Assembly: GCA_963697875.1 (NCBI GenBank)
Contig: OY969099.1
Span: 2,458,736 to 2,522,735, forward strand
Reading direction: 5' to 3'
Source of the DNA: an uncultured Actinomycetes bacterium
GTDB taxonomy: Bacteria; Actinomycetota; UBA4738; HRBIN12
Length of the DNA: 64,000 bases
Shown: positions 63,386 to 64,000 of the stretch, piece after piece
Position numbering within the stretch: position 1 is the stretch's first letter
Layout of the letters: every line of letters starts with the position of its first letter
Notes under the pieces: model-generated
What the model saw: only the letters and a program-made list of their open reading frames with translations
Databases searched by the model: none
What the model was told of the DNA's origin: nothing
Program-made: the position numbers and the translations under genes

Positions 63386-64000
63386 CGACCCTCGGAGCGC
63401 CGGTCCGGCGGCAGGGACCGCCCGAGACCGGGACCGTCCTGGATCTGTCGCGACCGGGCCGGCGATCGTCCCAGCTCCCGGCGCCGGACGTGGACCCGGC
63501 GGCGATCCCCGCCGAGCATCGCCGCGCGGAGCCGCCCAGGCTGCCCGAGGTGGCCGAGCGCGACCTGGTGCGGCACTACACGCGGCTGTCCCAGCAGAAC
63601 TACGGGGTCGACACGGGCATCTATCCGCTCGGGTCGTGCTCGATGAAGTACAACCCGAAGGTCGCCGAGACCGTGGCCTCGTTGCCCGGCTTCGCCCGCC
63701 TGCACCCGCTGCAACCCGACGCGAGCGCCCAGGGCATGCTCGAGCTGCTGTGGCGGCTCGAGCGCGCGCTCTGCGAGGTCACGGGCATGGCCCGCGCGAC
63801 GCTGCAGCCCCCGGCCGGGGCGTGCGGCGAGCTCACCGGGCTACTGTTGATGCGCGCGTACCACGCGGACCGTGGTCAGACCCGGCGGAAGGTCATCATC
63901 CCCGATTCGGCACATGGAACGAACCCGGCCAGCGTTCGGCTCGGGGGCTTCGACGCGGTCCACGTGCCGTCGGACTCACGAGGGCTCCTCGACGTCGGCG
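63382..64000 (+). CDS. gcvPB: glycine dehydrogenase (decarboxylating) subunit 2, N-terminal part (continues beyond window)
   Basis: ATGA overlap with gcvPA; GcvP C-terminal-half motifs (LGSCSMKYNPK...DSAHGTNPAS). Confidence 0.85.
   Translation, partial: MTTLGAPVRRQGPPETGTVLDLSRPGRRSSQLPAPDVDPAAIPAEHRRAEPPRLPEVAERDLVRHYTRLSQQNYGVDTGIYPLGSCSMKYNPKVAETVASLPGFARLHPLQPDASAQGMLELLWRLERALCEVTGMARATLQPPAGACGELTGLLLMRAYHADRGQTRRKVIIPDSAHGTNPASVRLGGFDAVHVPSDSRGLLDVG

Overview
The window is a compact, high-GC (about 70%) chromosomal core segment whose gene order closely tracks the actinobacterial backbone, as judged from recognisable protein families and from established knowledge of Mycobacterium gene order (nothing was searched). 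Reading left to right: pyrF (3' end), mihF, gmk, rpoZ, coaBC, metK, priA, def, fmt, rsmB, rpe; then an FMN riboswitch followed by ribD, ribE, ribBA and ribH; then infC, rpmI, rplT, a TrmH-family methyltransferase, pheS, pheT, argF, polX, mpg, a convergent class A PBP and tyrS. A complete rRNA operon follows (16S, 23S, 5S, with no tRNA in the spacer). After it come tlyA, ppnK, recN, pyrG, a NUDIX hydrolase, xerD, deoB, deoA, scpA, scpB, rluB, aroH, tyrA, aroA, cmk, der, tRNA-Pro(GGG), pgsA, gcvH, a GarA-like FHA protein, a MerR regulator, a DD-carboxypeptidase, hpt, a DUF151 nuclease, a second MerR regulator and a split gcvPA/gcvPB. Almost all genes are on the + strand, and many are translationally coupled through ATGA or GTGA overlaps. 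The features that stand out against this housekeeping background are: (1) a roughly 753-nt group I-type intron in the 23S rRNA gene, at the Escherichia coli-equivalent position about U1951, carrying a single-motif LAGLIDADG homing-endonuclease ORF; (2) a continuous ORF that fuses a TrmH/SpoU rRNA methyltransferase to a cytoplasmic histidine-kinase core (HisKA plus HATPase); (3) an orphan REC-GGDEF response regulator (GGDDF variant) inserted between rpe and the FMN riboswitch; (4) an M50 site-2-protease homolog whose HExxH zinc ligands are replaced (RExxR); and (5) a GarA ortholog whose N-terminus is a double-CxxC zinc ribbon. No CRISPR array, transposase, integrase (other than xerD) or prophage gene was seen. 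Long antisense ORFs in the track are GC-content artefacts.
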